A DNA stretch of 43,027 bases, taken from positions 1-43,027 of the forward strand of contig JAUYJY010000058.1 of NCBI GenBank assembly GCA_030699205.1. Reading direction: 5' to 3'. The notes below the pieces were generated by a model. That model did not search any database and had not been told where the DNA came from. It saw nothing but the letters and a program-made list of their open reading frames with translations. The translations under genes were made by a program, and so were the position numbers. Origin of the DNA: Candidatus Pacearchaeota archaeon. GTDB taxonomy: Archaea; Nanobdellota; Nanobdellia; Pacearchaeales; GW2011-AR1. Shown here piece by piece: positions 17,190-26,692 of this stretch (the stretch's first letter is position 1; each line of letters begins with the position of its first letter).

Positions 17190-19964
17190 TTAAGCTGTAA
17201 CTAAGGTAGCAGCATTTGCTGTTGTTCCTTTCAACTTGGTTCCTACATCCGTAGATACACCTGTTTGTGTTGTCAAGTATTGAGCAGCATTCAATGTGTC
17301 TCCTTGTTCATAACCAGCAACCAATGTAGCTACTTTTGTAGCAGCCCAAGGGTTAGCGAATGTTTCAATAACATATTCGCCAGCACCCGCACCAGTTGCG
17401 GCAGTCCATTGAGGACCACATCCGTTTCCACTAGCACCAACTAAGGTGTATGCAGCAGTGTTCACACAGCTTCCACCAACAACAATCAAGTTCTTGGTTT
17501 CCATTCCAGAACCAATTAAATCACTATCCATGATTTTTACATCACCAAGTGTTGTTGTAGCACCAGTTCCTTCCAAGGAATCAAAGTACAATTCAGCAAC
17601 AACCTGTGTTTCAGGATAACTGATTTCAGCAGTATACTGGTCAGATGTTGATCTGTCTGTTGTAACTAATGTACCCCATAGGTCCATCATATCATACAAA
17701 TCTTCATCGCTGTCTCTCTGGAATCCACTTGCTCCATATGTAGAGCCATCAACCATATCAGCATCCTTGTTCCAAGAAAAGTCCACGTCACTAACACCAA
17801 TACCATTATTTGAATCTCCGTTTCCAGAGAATTCAACAACAACTGCCTCATAGACATTGTTCTCATCTTGTTCTTCAAACAAAACAATTGCAGGTCCTGT
17901 AATTGGATTTGCATTCCCGCTAACAGTATCGTTAAGCTGGATTATTACAGTATTATTTGAAGATTTGCCAGTAGTATACGGACTTCCAGCAGCAGTTCCA
18001 ACTACAGTAGTTGAATAAACTCCAAAAGTAAGCTGACCAACTGCAAAAGTAAAGTTTTCTAATCCTGCGCCTGCAGTTACGTTAAAGGTTCTGTGGTTTA
18101 CAATTGTTGCTGATCCTAAATCAGCAGCTGTAAGCGAAAAGTTCCATACACCATCTTCTATTCCTGCAAGAGCTCCACCACTTCCATTAGGTGCTGCAAA
18201 TATCTCTGTGTATCCATCACCATCTGGGATCTTAAACGAACTTACATTAACGCCTCCTTCGCCCTTCCAATTACCTAAATCAATCGTTAAAGGCTCATAA
18301 AACATTAAGTTCGCACCCTTGTTTGTTTCAATAGTTGGATAAAGAACCATGGCATTTCCAGTGCTATGTGCCTTATTATCAAGCTGCACATATTGGTCAT
18401 TGTCTACGTTGTCAGATTTATCATATCTGTAAGTGACATCATATTCAATTCCTGCAATGGTTATTGTTCCTGTTCCTTCACTTGTAATTTGTGCCTCCCA
18501 TGTTTGAGTTGTATCAAAAGCATTTTGGAATACCACCTTATCACTTGTGTAGATAGGAGTTCCAGAACTATTTGTCAATTGGCTTAATTTTACCAACAAT
18601 CCTGTTTCTTCATTACCAACAACTGAGTAAGCAGAAGAGTTAATCTTTGCCATTTCACTAGTAAAGATTTGCCAGTCAGAACTATCTCCTAAGAATCTCT
18701 TACCCCAAGCACTAGATTCGTTGTTAATAAATTGGAAGTTATTCAAAGAATTTCCTTGCCAATTAGTGAATCCAATGTTCATCTTGTCGTTTCCAGAAAC
18801 ACCAAGAGAAATAGTTTCTCTGTTTTCAGTATCATCTGTCTCAATGCTCAATCCTGTTAATGCAAGCCTAAAGCTTCCAAATACAGGGTCTACAAAAGCT
18901 CCACCAGACCGAATAGCATCAGAATCTCCATCGGGAGCGAACGCTTGAATAGTTAGTGTAGTAAGATTTCCAGGGTTTTGTCCTAGAACATAATCAACAT
19001 TTGTTCCATCAATAGACACAGCATCTGTTCCTTGTGATACAGTCGAAGCATCTGTCAAAGTCAATCTATTAGCACCAACAAGAATTTGTGCTCCAACGCT
19101 TGCAAGTGCAGTAGTCTCATGTGCAGTATCTACGGCAACTTCCAATCCTTGGATTTTCTTTGATTGTGCTTCATTAACTTTCTTACTATCTGAATTTCCA
19201 GAAGAATCTGTAACCCTAATGGTTGCAGAAGTATCTGTTGCAGATGTAAGCTCAACAGTATATGTTTCTCCGTCAATCACGACAACCTCTGAAGGGTTAT
19301 CGGAACCACCTCCGATACTTAAATCAAGAGTCATAGCAGACTTAAACAGAACTAAGTCAGTTCCATCTGTCGCAGCAGAAACTACAAAGTCTTGTCCAAA
19401 CAAATTGATTGTTTCTCCTTCAGAATCTGTATGATTCAACATAACAATTTTATTGAATGTTATTGTAGAATTGTACAGGTAACTTCCAGAAGAAGATGAG
19501 AATGTGACTCCAACAGTTGGATCATCATTTGAAGTAGGTATAGAACCAAAAACAACTCTTGGATTTGATCCAGGAACAATTTTGAATTCTACGTTTGCTT
19601 CAACATCTCCGGAAAAACTTGTATCTGTTAATACTGCAGGCAAGTTTGATTCAGTTACAGTAGTTCTAACTGAATTAATGCTTGCGTTTAATTGCAAAGG
19701 TGTTGAACTTGTGAACAAAGGATAAGCGTCACTGCTAACAGTTGTAGCAGTAGCTCCCGCAGATGCAAGAGCAGCACTCAAATCACTTGTAATGCTTGTA
19801 ACAGCACTCAAATCCAAGTTTTCACCATAAACAATAGCTACATTAGATGCACCATTCTGAACGAACGGAGCAGGATAACTAGCAGCAGCAGCAAGTGCGA
19901 TTGTAGAACCCACCATAGCTGTAGAAGCCAAAGCAGATGCAATCTTTCTAAAATTAAATTTCAT
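17190..19964 (-). CDS. Major surface (S-layer-like) protein, 924 aa
   Basis: Signal peptide MKFNFRKIASALASTAMVGSTIALAAAAS. The composition is Thr/Ser/Gly/Ala/Asn-rich with many N-x-S/T sequons and almost no Cys. GC is visibly higher than the surrounding sequence. The gene has a strong SD and a T-tract terminator. Confidence 0.65.
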   Translation of the reverse strand: MKFNFRKIASALASTAMVGSTIALAAAASYPAPFVQNGASNVAIVYGENLDLSAVTSITSDLSAALASAGATATTVSSDAYPLFTSSTPLQLNASINSVRTTVTESNLPAVLTDTSFSGDVEANVEFKIVPGSNPRVVFGSIPTSNDDPTVGVTFSSSSGSYLYNSTITFNKIVMLNHTDSEGETINLFGQDFVVSAATDGTDLVLFKSAMTLDLSIGGGSDNPSEVVVIDGETYTVELTSATDTSATIRVTDSSGNSDSKKVNEAQSKKIQGLEVAVDTAHETTALASVGAQILVGANRLTLTDASTVSQGTDAVSIDGTNVDYVLGQNPGNLTTLTIQAFAPDGDSDAIRSGGAFVDPVFGSFRLALTGLSIETDDTENRETISLGVSGNDKMNIGFTNWQGNSLNNFQFINNESSAWGKRFLGDSSDWQIFTSEMAKINSSAYSVVGNEETGLLVKLSQLTNSSGTPIYTSDKVVFQNAFDTTQTWEAQITSEGTGTITIAGIEYDVTYRYDKSDNVDNDQYVQLDNKAHSTGNAMVLYPTIETNKGANLMFYEPLTIDLGNWKGEGGVNVSSFKIPDGDGYTEIFAAPNGSGGALAGIEDGVWNFSLTAADLGSATIVNHRTFNVTAGAGLENFTFAVGQLTFGVYSTTVVGTAAGSPYTTGKSSNNTVIIQLNDTVSGNANPITGPAIVLFEEQDENNVYEAVVVEFSGNGDSNNGIGVSDVDFSWNKDADMVDGSTYGASGFQRDSDEDLYDMMDLWGTLVTTDRSTSDQYTAEISYPETQVVAELYFDSLEGTGATTTLGDVKIMDSDLIGSGMETKNLIVVGGSCVNTAAYTLVGASGNGCGPQWTAATGAGAGEYVIETFANPWAATKVATLVAGYEQGDTLNAAQYLTTQTGVSTDVGTKLKGTTANAATLVTA

Positions 19965-20150
19965 TAAATTTTAACCTCCTTTCAGCTTTTTCCCCTTTTT
20001 CAAGAGAGTGGCAACTCCGCAGAGTTCCTCTTAAAGGAGACTGCTCTTTAATTTGCAGTCCGCCAATAGAGACATTTAATAGCCGTACATTAAAGCTAGC
20101 TTTTTGTCCCATCTTTATTAATTCCCTATTTCTAGAGTATATAATTAACT
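19965..20150 (-). promoter_or_regulatory. Leader region of the S-layer-like gene (SD plus candidate TATA box)
   Basis: The minus strand reads aaaGGAGGTtaaaatttaATG. A TATA-like ttaattatatac lies near 20139-20150, which would give a leader of roughly 150 nt containing helices such as GACTGC/GCAGTC. Confidence 0.4.
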
Positions 20151-20388
20151 AAAATTTTGTTTAAAAAGCTTTCCATCCCAAGTTGTCTTTCCGAGTGATA
20201 ATTGTATGTAAATCCAGATTTCACTTATAAACCTTTGGGTATTACTAAATAATGAACTAAGCAACTTAAAAGAATAAAAAATTGATTATATGTCTATATA
20301 TGGCTTATGGAGTAATATATTGTAAATAAAAACATATAAATACTTAATATTCTTCGGAGATATGATAAAACTATCCCATATATACTAA

Positions 20389-20748
20389 ATGGCAAAGAAA
20401 ACAAAGACAAGACAGATAATTCTTAAGCAAGAATCAGGAACATTTACTACCCTCTTCAAAAAGTTCTCCGGAGAGAAAAAAAACTATGATTTTCAAGGAC
20501 TTGCCTCTCTAAGAAACCTGCTTTCAAATGAAAAAGCAAGAACATTAGATTTCATAAAAAATAAAAATCCCAAATCAATATATGATTTATCAAGAAAACT
20601 CAAAAGAGATTTTAAATCTGTAAATGATGATGTTAAATTATTGGAAAAATTTGGATTCATAGATTTAATTCAGGAAAAAACAGGGAAAAGAAATAGGTTA
20701 AGACCCGTGATTATCATAGATTCTATAAACATAGAAATTAACATTTAA
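20389..20748 (+). CDS. Small HTH/winged-helix DNA-binding protein
   Basis: 119 aa. KARTLDFIKNKNPKSIYDLSRKLKRDFKSVNDDVKLLEKFGFI is an HTH-wing pattern. The gene is convergent with the end of operon 1. Confidence 0.5.
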   Translation: MAKKTKTRQIILKQESGTFTTLFKKFSGEKKNYDFQGLASLRNLLSNEKARTLDFIKNKNPKSIYDLSRKLKRDFKSVNDDVKLLEKFGFIDLIQEKTGKRNRLRPVIIIDSINIEINI

Positions 20749-21272
20749 TAACATAACTTCAATGTCGTGGTAATACTCCCAGGAAATTCAGGAGTCCAAT
20801 AAGAATTTCCAAAAACACTCCCTTCGCAAGAACCTCCCATAATCTCCAAAATTTCCTCTCTCTGTCCTGCCTGATTTGAATTATTATGGCTATAAACTAT
20901 CCCTAATTCATACCCCTTAATCTGAAAATCTTCTCCATATTTCCAAGAAGCCTCTAAAATATTTGTAAATGTTTCATTCAAGACATTGCAAGTCTTTTCT
21001 TCATTAACGCATTCATTATTTGATGAATAACATTCACTTATCAATTCATCTAACTTCAATAAACTTCTTCCCTCGCTTAACGCACATTCGGTGGTTTGCT
21101 CCATAGAACTCTCTAAAAACTGATAAACTTCCTGACTCTCTCTCTGGCTGTCTCCTCCCTTTCTTAATGAAATCCCCAAGAAAACCATTATTACCACCAT
21201 AACTAATACAATTATCAAAACAAATCCCACTATTTCTTCCTGCCCTCTCTTTCTCACTTTATCTTTCTCCAT
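20745..21272 (-). CDS. Prepilin-like protein (class III signal peptide), 175 aa
   Basis: The N-terminus is MEKDKVRKRG|QEEIVGFVLIIVLVMVVIMVFLGI, followed by a soluble domain with 4-5 Cys. Confidence 0.6.
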   Translation of the reverse strand: MEKDKVRKRGQEEIVGFVLIIVLVMVVIMVFLGISLRKGGDSQRESQEVYQFLESSMEQTTECALSEGRSLLKLDELISECYSSNNECVNEEKTCNVLNETFTNILEASWKYGEDFQIKGYELGIVYSHNNSNQAGQREEILEIMGGSCEGSVFGNSYWTPEFPGSITTTLKLCY

Positions 21273-21315
21273 TTATTTTTAATTCCAAATATTCTTATCA
21301 TCTTTTTGTTTATTT

Positions 21316-21837
21316 TCATTCAACACTTTCAAACCCCATTACAATCTTTCCTAACTCACATTCATCCTGTTCAATCCCTGAATTATATCTGCATAAAGAA
21401 ACAAAAGCCTCATAAGATTCATAATTCTCTTTTTTAGTCAATGTAATTTGATTGCATCTTGGATAACTTTGTGGCGTGCATTCTTCAGTGCTATATAATG
21501 GATAAACTCTTATTATTTGCAATAAACTCACATCCTTCCAGAAATTTTGATATGAATTCCTATTTTTCAATAAAAATGCCTTATCCAAATCAACACACCC
21601 CGCACAATCTCCAAAATTTCCCCAAAGAAATTCCGGACTCCCTGAAATTTTCCTCACAGATTCTATAACTTCCTGTTTTCTAAAATCTGAAGCTTCTTCT
21701 TTTATTGAAGAAAACTTAATAGAGGTATAAAATATAGCAACAATTACAAAAAATATAATCGTAGCCACTAAAACAAAAGCCATTTGCTGTATTTTTACCT
21801 GCCCTTTAGAATACGCCACATTTCGTAATTTTGTCAT
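21316..21837 (-). CDS. Prepilin-like protein (class III signal peptide), 173 aa
   Basis: The N-terminus is ...AYSKG|QVKIQQMAFVLVATIIFFVIVAIFY. It overlaps the upstream gene by 32 nt. Confidence 0.6.
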   Translation of the reverse strand: MTKLRNVAYSKGQVKIQQMAFVLVATIIFFVIVAIFYTSIKFSSIKEEASDFRKQEVIESVRKISGSPEFLWGNFGDCAGCVDLDKAFLLKNRNSYQNFWKDVSLLQIIRVYPLYSTEECTPQSYPRCNQITLTKKENYESYEAFVSLCRYNSGIEQDECELGKIVMGFESVE

Positions 21838-22741
21838 TTTTATCCTTTAAAATATCTGAGTTTCCTTCAATTCTCTGGAGTTCATTAGAACTCTCAATTA
21901 AAACAGCAGACGCAAAACTTCTCAAATCCTGCTCTAAACTATTTGAACATCCGCTATCTTCTAAAAATTTTGCCTTTTCTGCATAAACATAAGAAAGTTC
22001 ACTTGCCCTTTTCATCAGTCTTTTTATCTGACATTCATATATCTCTGGCTCTGAAAAAATTGCACCATATATCAATGAATCAGTATAATGCAAATCGCTT
22101 CCTTGCTTTGAAATAATTTTTGCGTTAGAATTCACATTAATATCACATCCAATTAAATCAAAACAAACTTTTACACTTTCATCAGGGCAAGAAGAAACTC
22201 TACTACTAATATTTATTCCGATGTTTCCCCCTGCAGATAAGTCCTCAATTTCCTCTTCTATATCTCTTGGAGGGTTAATAAAACAATAGTCTTTAGAATA
22301 CATGAAAATTGCATCTCCGACTTTAAAAGGCATTTCAAATGGTTTTACTATGACATTCATTTCTTTTCCTTCTTCAAAATTTTCAGAAAAAACATATTTA
22401 TTAAATGAGCTTTTTGGATTGCTTTGCGTTCCCCATTCATCTCCCACTCCAATTTTAGAGGCGGTGCTTATCTCCTGCCTCCCAAAATTTCCATTTTCAA
22501 AACAATCATTAAAGACCCTCGTTTCTTGCACAAATCTTATTTTTACATACTTACTGTCTTCCAGATTTGTTTCAATCGGATTTAATAAGTTGCTTAATTC
22601 TGCAGAAACAAATGTGTCTGAAACCTTTCTATTTGTGTCTACAAATTTTGTTGCAATAAAAATTGCAAGAAATAAAATTACTGCTCCGACAAGTATAGCA
22701 AACAACCAATTAAACCCAAATTCTAATCCTCTTTTTTTCAT
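21806..22741 (-). CDS. Prepilin-like protein (class III signal peptide), 311 aa
   Basis: The N-terminus is MKKRG|LEFGFNWLFAILVGAVILFLAIFIA. It shares 1 nt with the upstream gene (its start at 22741 meets that gene's stop). Confidence 0.6.
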   Translation of the reverse strand: MKKRGLEFGFNWLFAILVGAVILFLAIFIATKFVDTNRKVSDTFVSAELSNLLNPIETNLEDSKYVKIRFVQETRVFNDCFENGNFGRQEISTASKIGVGDEWGTQSNPKSSFNKYVFSENFEEGKEMNVIVKPFEMPFKVGDAIFMYSKDYCFINPPRDIEEEIEDLSAGGNIGINISSRVSSCPDESVKVCFDLIGCDINVNSNAKIISKQGSDLHYTDSLIYGAIFSEPEIYECQIKRLMKRASELSYVYAEKAKFLEDSGCSNSLEQDLRSFASAVLIESSNELQRIEGNSDILKDKNDKITKCGVF

Positions 22742-23250
22742 TAAGGCCTCTTTATCCTCACTGAAGAATCAAAATCTCCTTTCTCAAGCCTGACCTCAAT
22801 TTTTCCGCTTTTAACTTCAAAACATTCAAAGTCACTTCCCAATCCCGTCAAACTAATTCTATCAACTTCAGAAAATGCAAAATCTCCCGCAAACTTCATT
22901 GGATAAATAAATCTGTTTGTGTTTTCTTTTTCAAAATTAGAGCTGAACTCCTTAAATTCATCATACTCTTCCTTGTATTGCAATTCATAAGTAGAACCTT
23001 TTAAGTCCCCAAAACAAACTAATTCAATATTTCCCGGAAGATTAAAAGAAAAAACTTTGTTAGTTATAGCACTTCCCCAAATTTCATCAATCGTTTCCTG
23101 AAATTCCTGATGAAAAAGCACAACCTCAGTATCGCTTCCCAATCCAATGAAAGAAATAATTATATAACTCGCAACTCCCACAATAGCGATTATCATAATT
23201 ATGGAAAAAATCATTCCAAACGACAAAGACAGCACACCTCTTTTATTCAT
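22741..23250 (-). CDS. Prepilin-like protein (class III signal peptide), 169 aa
   Basis: The N-terminus is MNKRG|VLSLSFGMIFSIIMIIAIVGVASYII. Confidence 0.6.
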   Translation of the reverse strand: MNKRGVLSLSFGMIFSIIMIIAIVGVASYIIISFIGLGSDTEVVLFHQEFQETIDEIWGSAITNKVFSFNLPGNIELVCFGDLKGSTYELQYKEEYDEFKEFSSNFEKENTNRFIYPMKFAGDFAFSEVDRISLTGLGSDFECFEVKSGKIEVRLEKGDFDSSVRIKRP

Positions 23251-23285
23251 ATTCCAGAGAGCAAAAACAAGTTTAAATGCTTTTC

Positions 23286-24359
23286 TTAATCTTTTCCAGA
23301 TTCAGTCAGCTCTTTTCTAAGGTTTTCTTTAAAATCTTTTAAATCCTCTTTTCTAATCCTAAAACCTGCGGCGGCATTATGTCCTCCCGCGACAGAATCT
23401 TTCAGACCCTTAATGGCGTTTTTGCATATTTTATTGACGTCTCTTTTCCCAAGATGGTCCCTTATTGACCCCTTAAAAAATTCATCCCCCGAGTCCCTCA
23501 AGATAACATAAGTGTTATCCACATCATCAACAGATAATTTAGTGCAAACAGCAGAATTGATGTCAAACCTTGGTTCTAAAATTCCAATATAAACTTTAGC
23601 ATCTCTATAGTATTCTGCATTTTTCTTATATTCTTCAATACACCTATCAAATTCCTCTGAAACAATCTTATTTTTTTCTTCAATCTCTTTGAGATTTTTA
23701 TTCTTTATAATTTCATAAGCTTTAATCTGATTATCCTTATAGTAATTAATCAAAGAGCTCAATTTAATCATAAGCACCCCGCTTTCAAATTCCCCGACTT
23801 TATTTATATTGTCTTCTGTAATGTCTTTATTCCTTTCCTTTAAAAAATCAAAATGTTCTTTCTTGTTAAAAGCAAATTCATGAATCATCGCAGGGTCAAT
23901 CAGCCAGTCAATATCTTTCTTGTCAAATAAATCTCTTCCAAGATAGTAAATCAGCCAAGAGGTACAATCCGCACTCTCCGCCTTAATTATTTTATCAGAC
24001 CAGTTAAAATCTTCTGCACTTGGATGGTGATCAACAAACAAAAAATTAATTTTCTCAATCCTTTTAACTAAATCAGAATCCAGGCTATCAAGATTTATAT
24101 CTAAAACAATTATCTTATTTATTCTCCCCGATTCTGCGGCTTTCTCAATTCTCCTAATTTCTTCCATTGTGTAAGGGATAAAGTTAATTATTTCAGGAAT
24201 AATATTTTTCTGCCTTAAAATTTCAGAAACAAAAATAGCGGAAACCATCCCATCTAAACAATTTGAATGGGCAAAAATTCCAACTTTATCATCCTTATTT
24301 AAAGAGTTAAAGAAGCTCTCAATTTTCTCCTTAGATTTAACATAAAAACTTTCTTCCAT
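23286..24359 (-). CDS. DHH/DHHA1-family phosphoesterase
   Basis: Motifs FAHSNCLDGMVS (DxD-type motif I), VLDIN, FVDHHPS (DHH) and GGHNAAAGF (DHHA1 GGGH-like). Confidence 0.8.
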   Translation of the reverse strand: MEESFYVKSKEKIESFFNSLNKDDKVGIFAHSNCLDGMVSAIFVSEILRQKNIIPEIINFIPYTMEEIRRIEKAAESGRINKIIVLDINLDSLDSDLVKRIEKINFLFVDHHPSAEDFNWSDKIIKAESADCTSWLIYYLGRDLFDKKDIDWLIDPAMIHEFAFNKKEHFDFLKERNKDITEDNINKVGEFESGVLMIKLSSLINYYKDNQIKAYEIIKNKNLKEIEEKNKIVSEEFDRCIEEYKKNAEYYRDAKVYIGILEPRFDINSAVCTKLSVDDVDNTYVILRDSGDEFFKGSIRDHLGKRDVNKICKNAIKGLKDSVAGGHNAAAGFRIRKEDLKDFKENLRKELTESGKD

Positions 24360-24395
24360 TAAAAACCTATAAAAATCACCTAATTAAAAACTTTC

Positions 24396-26492
24396 CTATA
24401 CAATATTAGTCGCCGAAGCAGTTAAACTGCATTGGTTTGGTGCAGGTTGATTTCCAAACTCGTCAGCACATTTTATATAATAAACAATATTGGGTTTCCA
24501 TTCAGCATAACTTGTTGTTTTTTCAGTCGCGGGATTATGTATCATCTTTATTCCCTCGTCAATATTAAAGTTACAGCTGTTTAATGAATAAGTGCATTCG
24601 GCAGGCTCATTCGTAACTATCTTTAAAGTATCCAAAAAATGATATGCCCTTGCAACCATTGGTTCTGTAACATCTACAAATACATTAAAGCTCGTGGAAT
24701 CTTCCGCACTATTCCCTCCCGCATCTATACATCTAAAGAAATAGTTATAATCTCCTGAGATTAATGTTAAAACTTGCCGATGTTCAAATCCCCCCGAATC
24801 AAACATCGCAACATAACTCCCTTCTTCTCCAGAATCAGAAAAATAACAAACTGCTTCTCCTTCCTTTGCCCCGTCATCCGTCTTCACATATAATTCAATT
24901 TCAACAACTTCTGTGCTTCCAGTTATTGTTTCATTAGGAGCAACGGAAAGAATGCTCAATGGTTGACTTCCAAGCAAATTGAGATTATAACTTCCCACAT
25001 TAACATTTCTCTCATTATCTGGCTTTTTAGGCTGGTCCTTGCATCTAAAATAATAATTATTCTCTTGTCTGTCAACTATTCCAGTGAGAGTAGTAGAACA
25101 AGTATAAAGCTCTCTTGCATTTATTTCAGTTAATTTTGTTGCACATTGCATTTCTTGTTCCATTTCCTCATACGCCTTGTCTTGAACACTCCATTTACAT
25201 TCCGAAGGTTCATTTACATAAATTTCCATCGGGGTTTCCCCTGAATTATATGAAATATAACTTCCCGATTTAATGGAAGTATCAACAATTATCGGCGGAG
25301 TTGTATCCGGACTTGGGTCCACACAAAATTGGAAGTCAAACTCTCCCACATTCTCATTCCCATTTTTATCCCTGCATCTAACAAATAGATTATATCTCCC
25401 ATCATTCTGTAATTCAGGAGCTTCTGAATTTATCGCATCAGGCGACGGCAAACTCATTACCTGTGTATGATTATATAAATAAAAGTTGCTTTTTCCAAAG
25501 AAGAAACTCATTTCATCCAATGTATCTTTATGAACTATATCTATTTTACATTGTGCTGGTTCATTAGTGGTTATTCCAAAGCTTAATGGTGTAAACGCCT
25601 GCAAACACCCGTTACTCACATCTTCCCTAACAATTTTAGCTCCCAAACTTGGAGGCCTCGTATCATGATTAGTGTATTTATGCTTTTCCGTTAATGGCTC
25701 CTGCCAAGGTGTTATAGTCGGAGGACTTGCATCATTTGGATTCACCCAAGCACATTTTTCTTCAGTAGTTCCGGAATTTACAATCTCACATGCTTGCCCT
25801 AAAGCCCTGCACCTATATTCAGAGCAAGGCCTAAATGGGTCTGCGTTGCATTTCTCACAATCCCCTCCGCCGACAGGAGCTTCAAAAGGAAGACATTGAA
25901 AATCAACCCTGACTTCCTTTTCAGATTTATATAATAAAATAAATACAACAACACCGACCGTAATTCCGATAATTGGTCCTGCAACTCCCTGAGTCAATCC
26001 ATCAATCCCAAATAATGTATCTTTAGCAGCACTACCAATCAAATTAGAAGAAAAAAATCCCGCAAAAGTTCCAACACCCGCCGCAGTGCTTAAAGCATCA
26101 GCCACATTTTTATCAACCCCAAATAAAGTCGTCAATAACTTAACCCCCATATACACAGAAAGCCCCCAAACAGCCCCCTGCATCAACGCACTCGGAATTT
26201 TCCCCGGCGTCGCACCAAACGCTTCTCCAGAATATAACTTCCCGAAGAAACCTGATTCTGTTGGGTTTGGAGTTGTTCCTGCCTCTCTTCCAGCCTGCCA
26301 AGCTTTATCCCTTCCGAGTAATTTATCGAATAAACTCCAAGTAGGTTCTCCTCCTTCTTCCTGCCCGCTAACCCTCTGCGTTTCCCCAATCAAAAACGCA
26401 AACGAAACAACAGAAAAAACTATAAGAAATATTTGCGTAAAAACCAACGTCGTCCCAACTTTATACGGGGGAAACTTTCCTCTCTTTTGCAT
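24396..26492 (-). CDS. 698-aa membrane/surface protein. It has an N-terminal anchor, a Gly-rich membrane region, a Cys-knot-like segment and Ig-like repeats, and is a paralogue of the C-terminal part of the 1333-aa protein.
   Basis: VDFQCLPFEAPVGGGDCEKCNADPFRPCSEYRCRALGQACEIVNSG aligns with VDFSCLPWQPPSGGQSCEECDSDDLGCSEYKCNSLGQNCELLNEG in ORF 33463-37464. The NEPSECKWS and NEPAECTYS repeat markers are shared. Confidence 0.75.
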   Translation of the reverse strand: MQKRGKFPPYKVGTTLVFTQIFLIVFSVVSFAFLIGETQRVSGQEEGGEPTWSLFDKLLGRDKAWQAGREAGTTPNPTESGFFGKLYSGEAFGATPGKIPSALMQGAVWGLSVYMGVKLLTTLFGVDKNVADALSTAAGVGTFAGFFSSNLIGSAAKDTLFGIDGLTQGVAGPIIGITVGVVVFILLYKSEKEVRVDFQCLPFEAPVGGGDCEKCNADPFRPCSEYRCRALGQACEIVNSGTTEEKCAWVNPNDASPPTITPWQEPLTEKHKYTNHDTRPPSLGAKIVREDVSNGCLQAFTPLSFGITTNEPAQCKIDIVHKDTLDEMSFFFGKSNFYLYNHTQVMSLPSPDAINSEAPELQNDGRYNLFVRCRDKNGNENVGEFDFQFCVDPSPDTTPPIIVDTSIKSGSYISYNSGETPMEIYVNEPSECKWSVQDKAYEEMEQEMQCATKLTEINARELYTCSTTLTGIVDRQENNYYFRCKDQPKKPDNERNVNVGSYNLNLLGSQPLSILSVAPNETITGSTEVVEIELYVKTDDGAKEGEAVCYFSDSGEEGSYVAMFDSGGFEHRQVLTLISGDYNYFFRCIDAGGNSAEDSTSFNVFVDVTEPMVARAYHFLDTLKIVTNEPAECTYSLNSCNFNIDEGIKMIHNPATEKTTSYAEWKPNIVYYIKCADEFGNQPAPNQCSLTASATNIV

Positions 26493-26530
26493 ATAAAAGA
26501 TAACAACTTATTGTTTATAAATATTAGTAG
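26386..26530 (-). repeat. F0: 5' end (first ~35 codons), start codon and TATA-box region of the 698-aa gene. This is the master copy of the F direct repeat.
   Basis: ccaatcaaaaacgcaaacgaaacaacag...ctttcctctcttttgcatataaaagataacaacttattgtttataaatattagtag recurs at 27344, 29235 and 30081. Confidence 0.8.
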
Positions 26531-26692
26531 ATTGCTTTCAAAATTTCAATTGTCTTTCCCAGAAACAACTTCAAAATTTAACCTTGCTAATCTCCTTCTA
26601 TTACTTGTCCAGCTTGCAGTATATTTTCCAATGGATAACTTTATACCACTATTTTGATTATACACTCCTCCAACTCCCCTTGATTATTCCAC

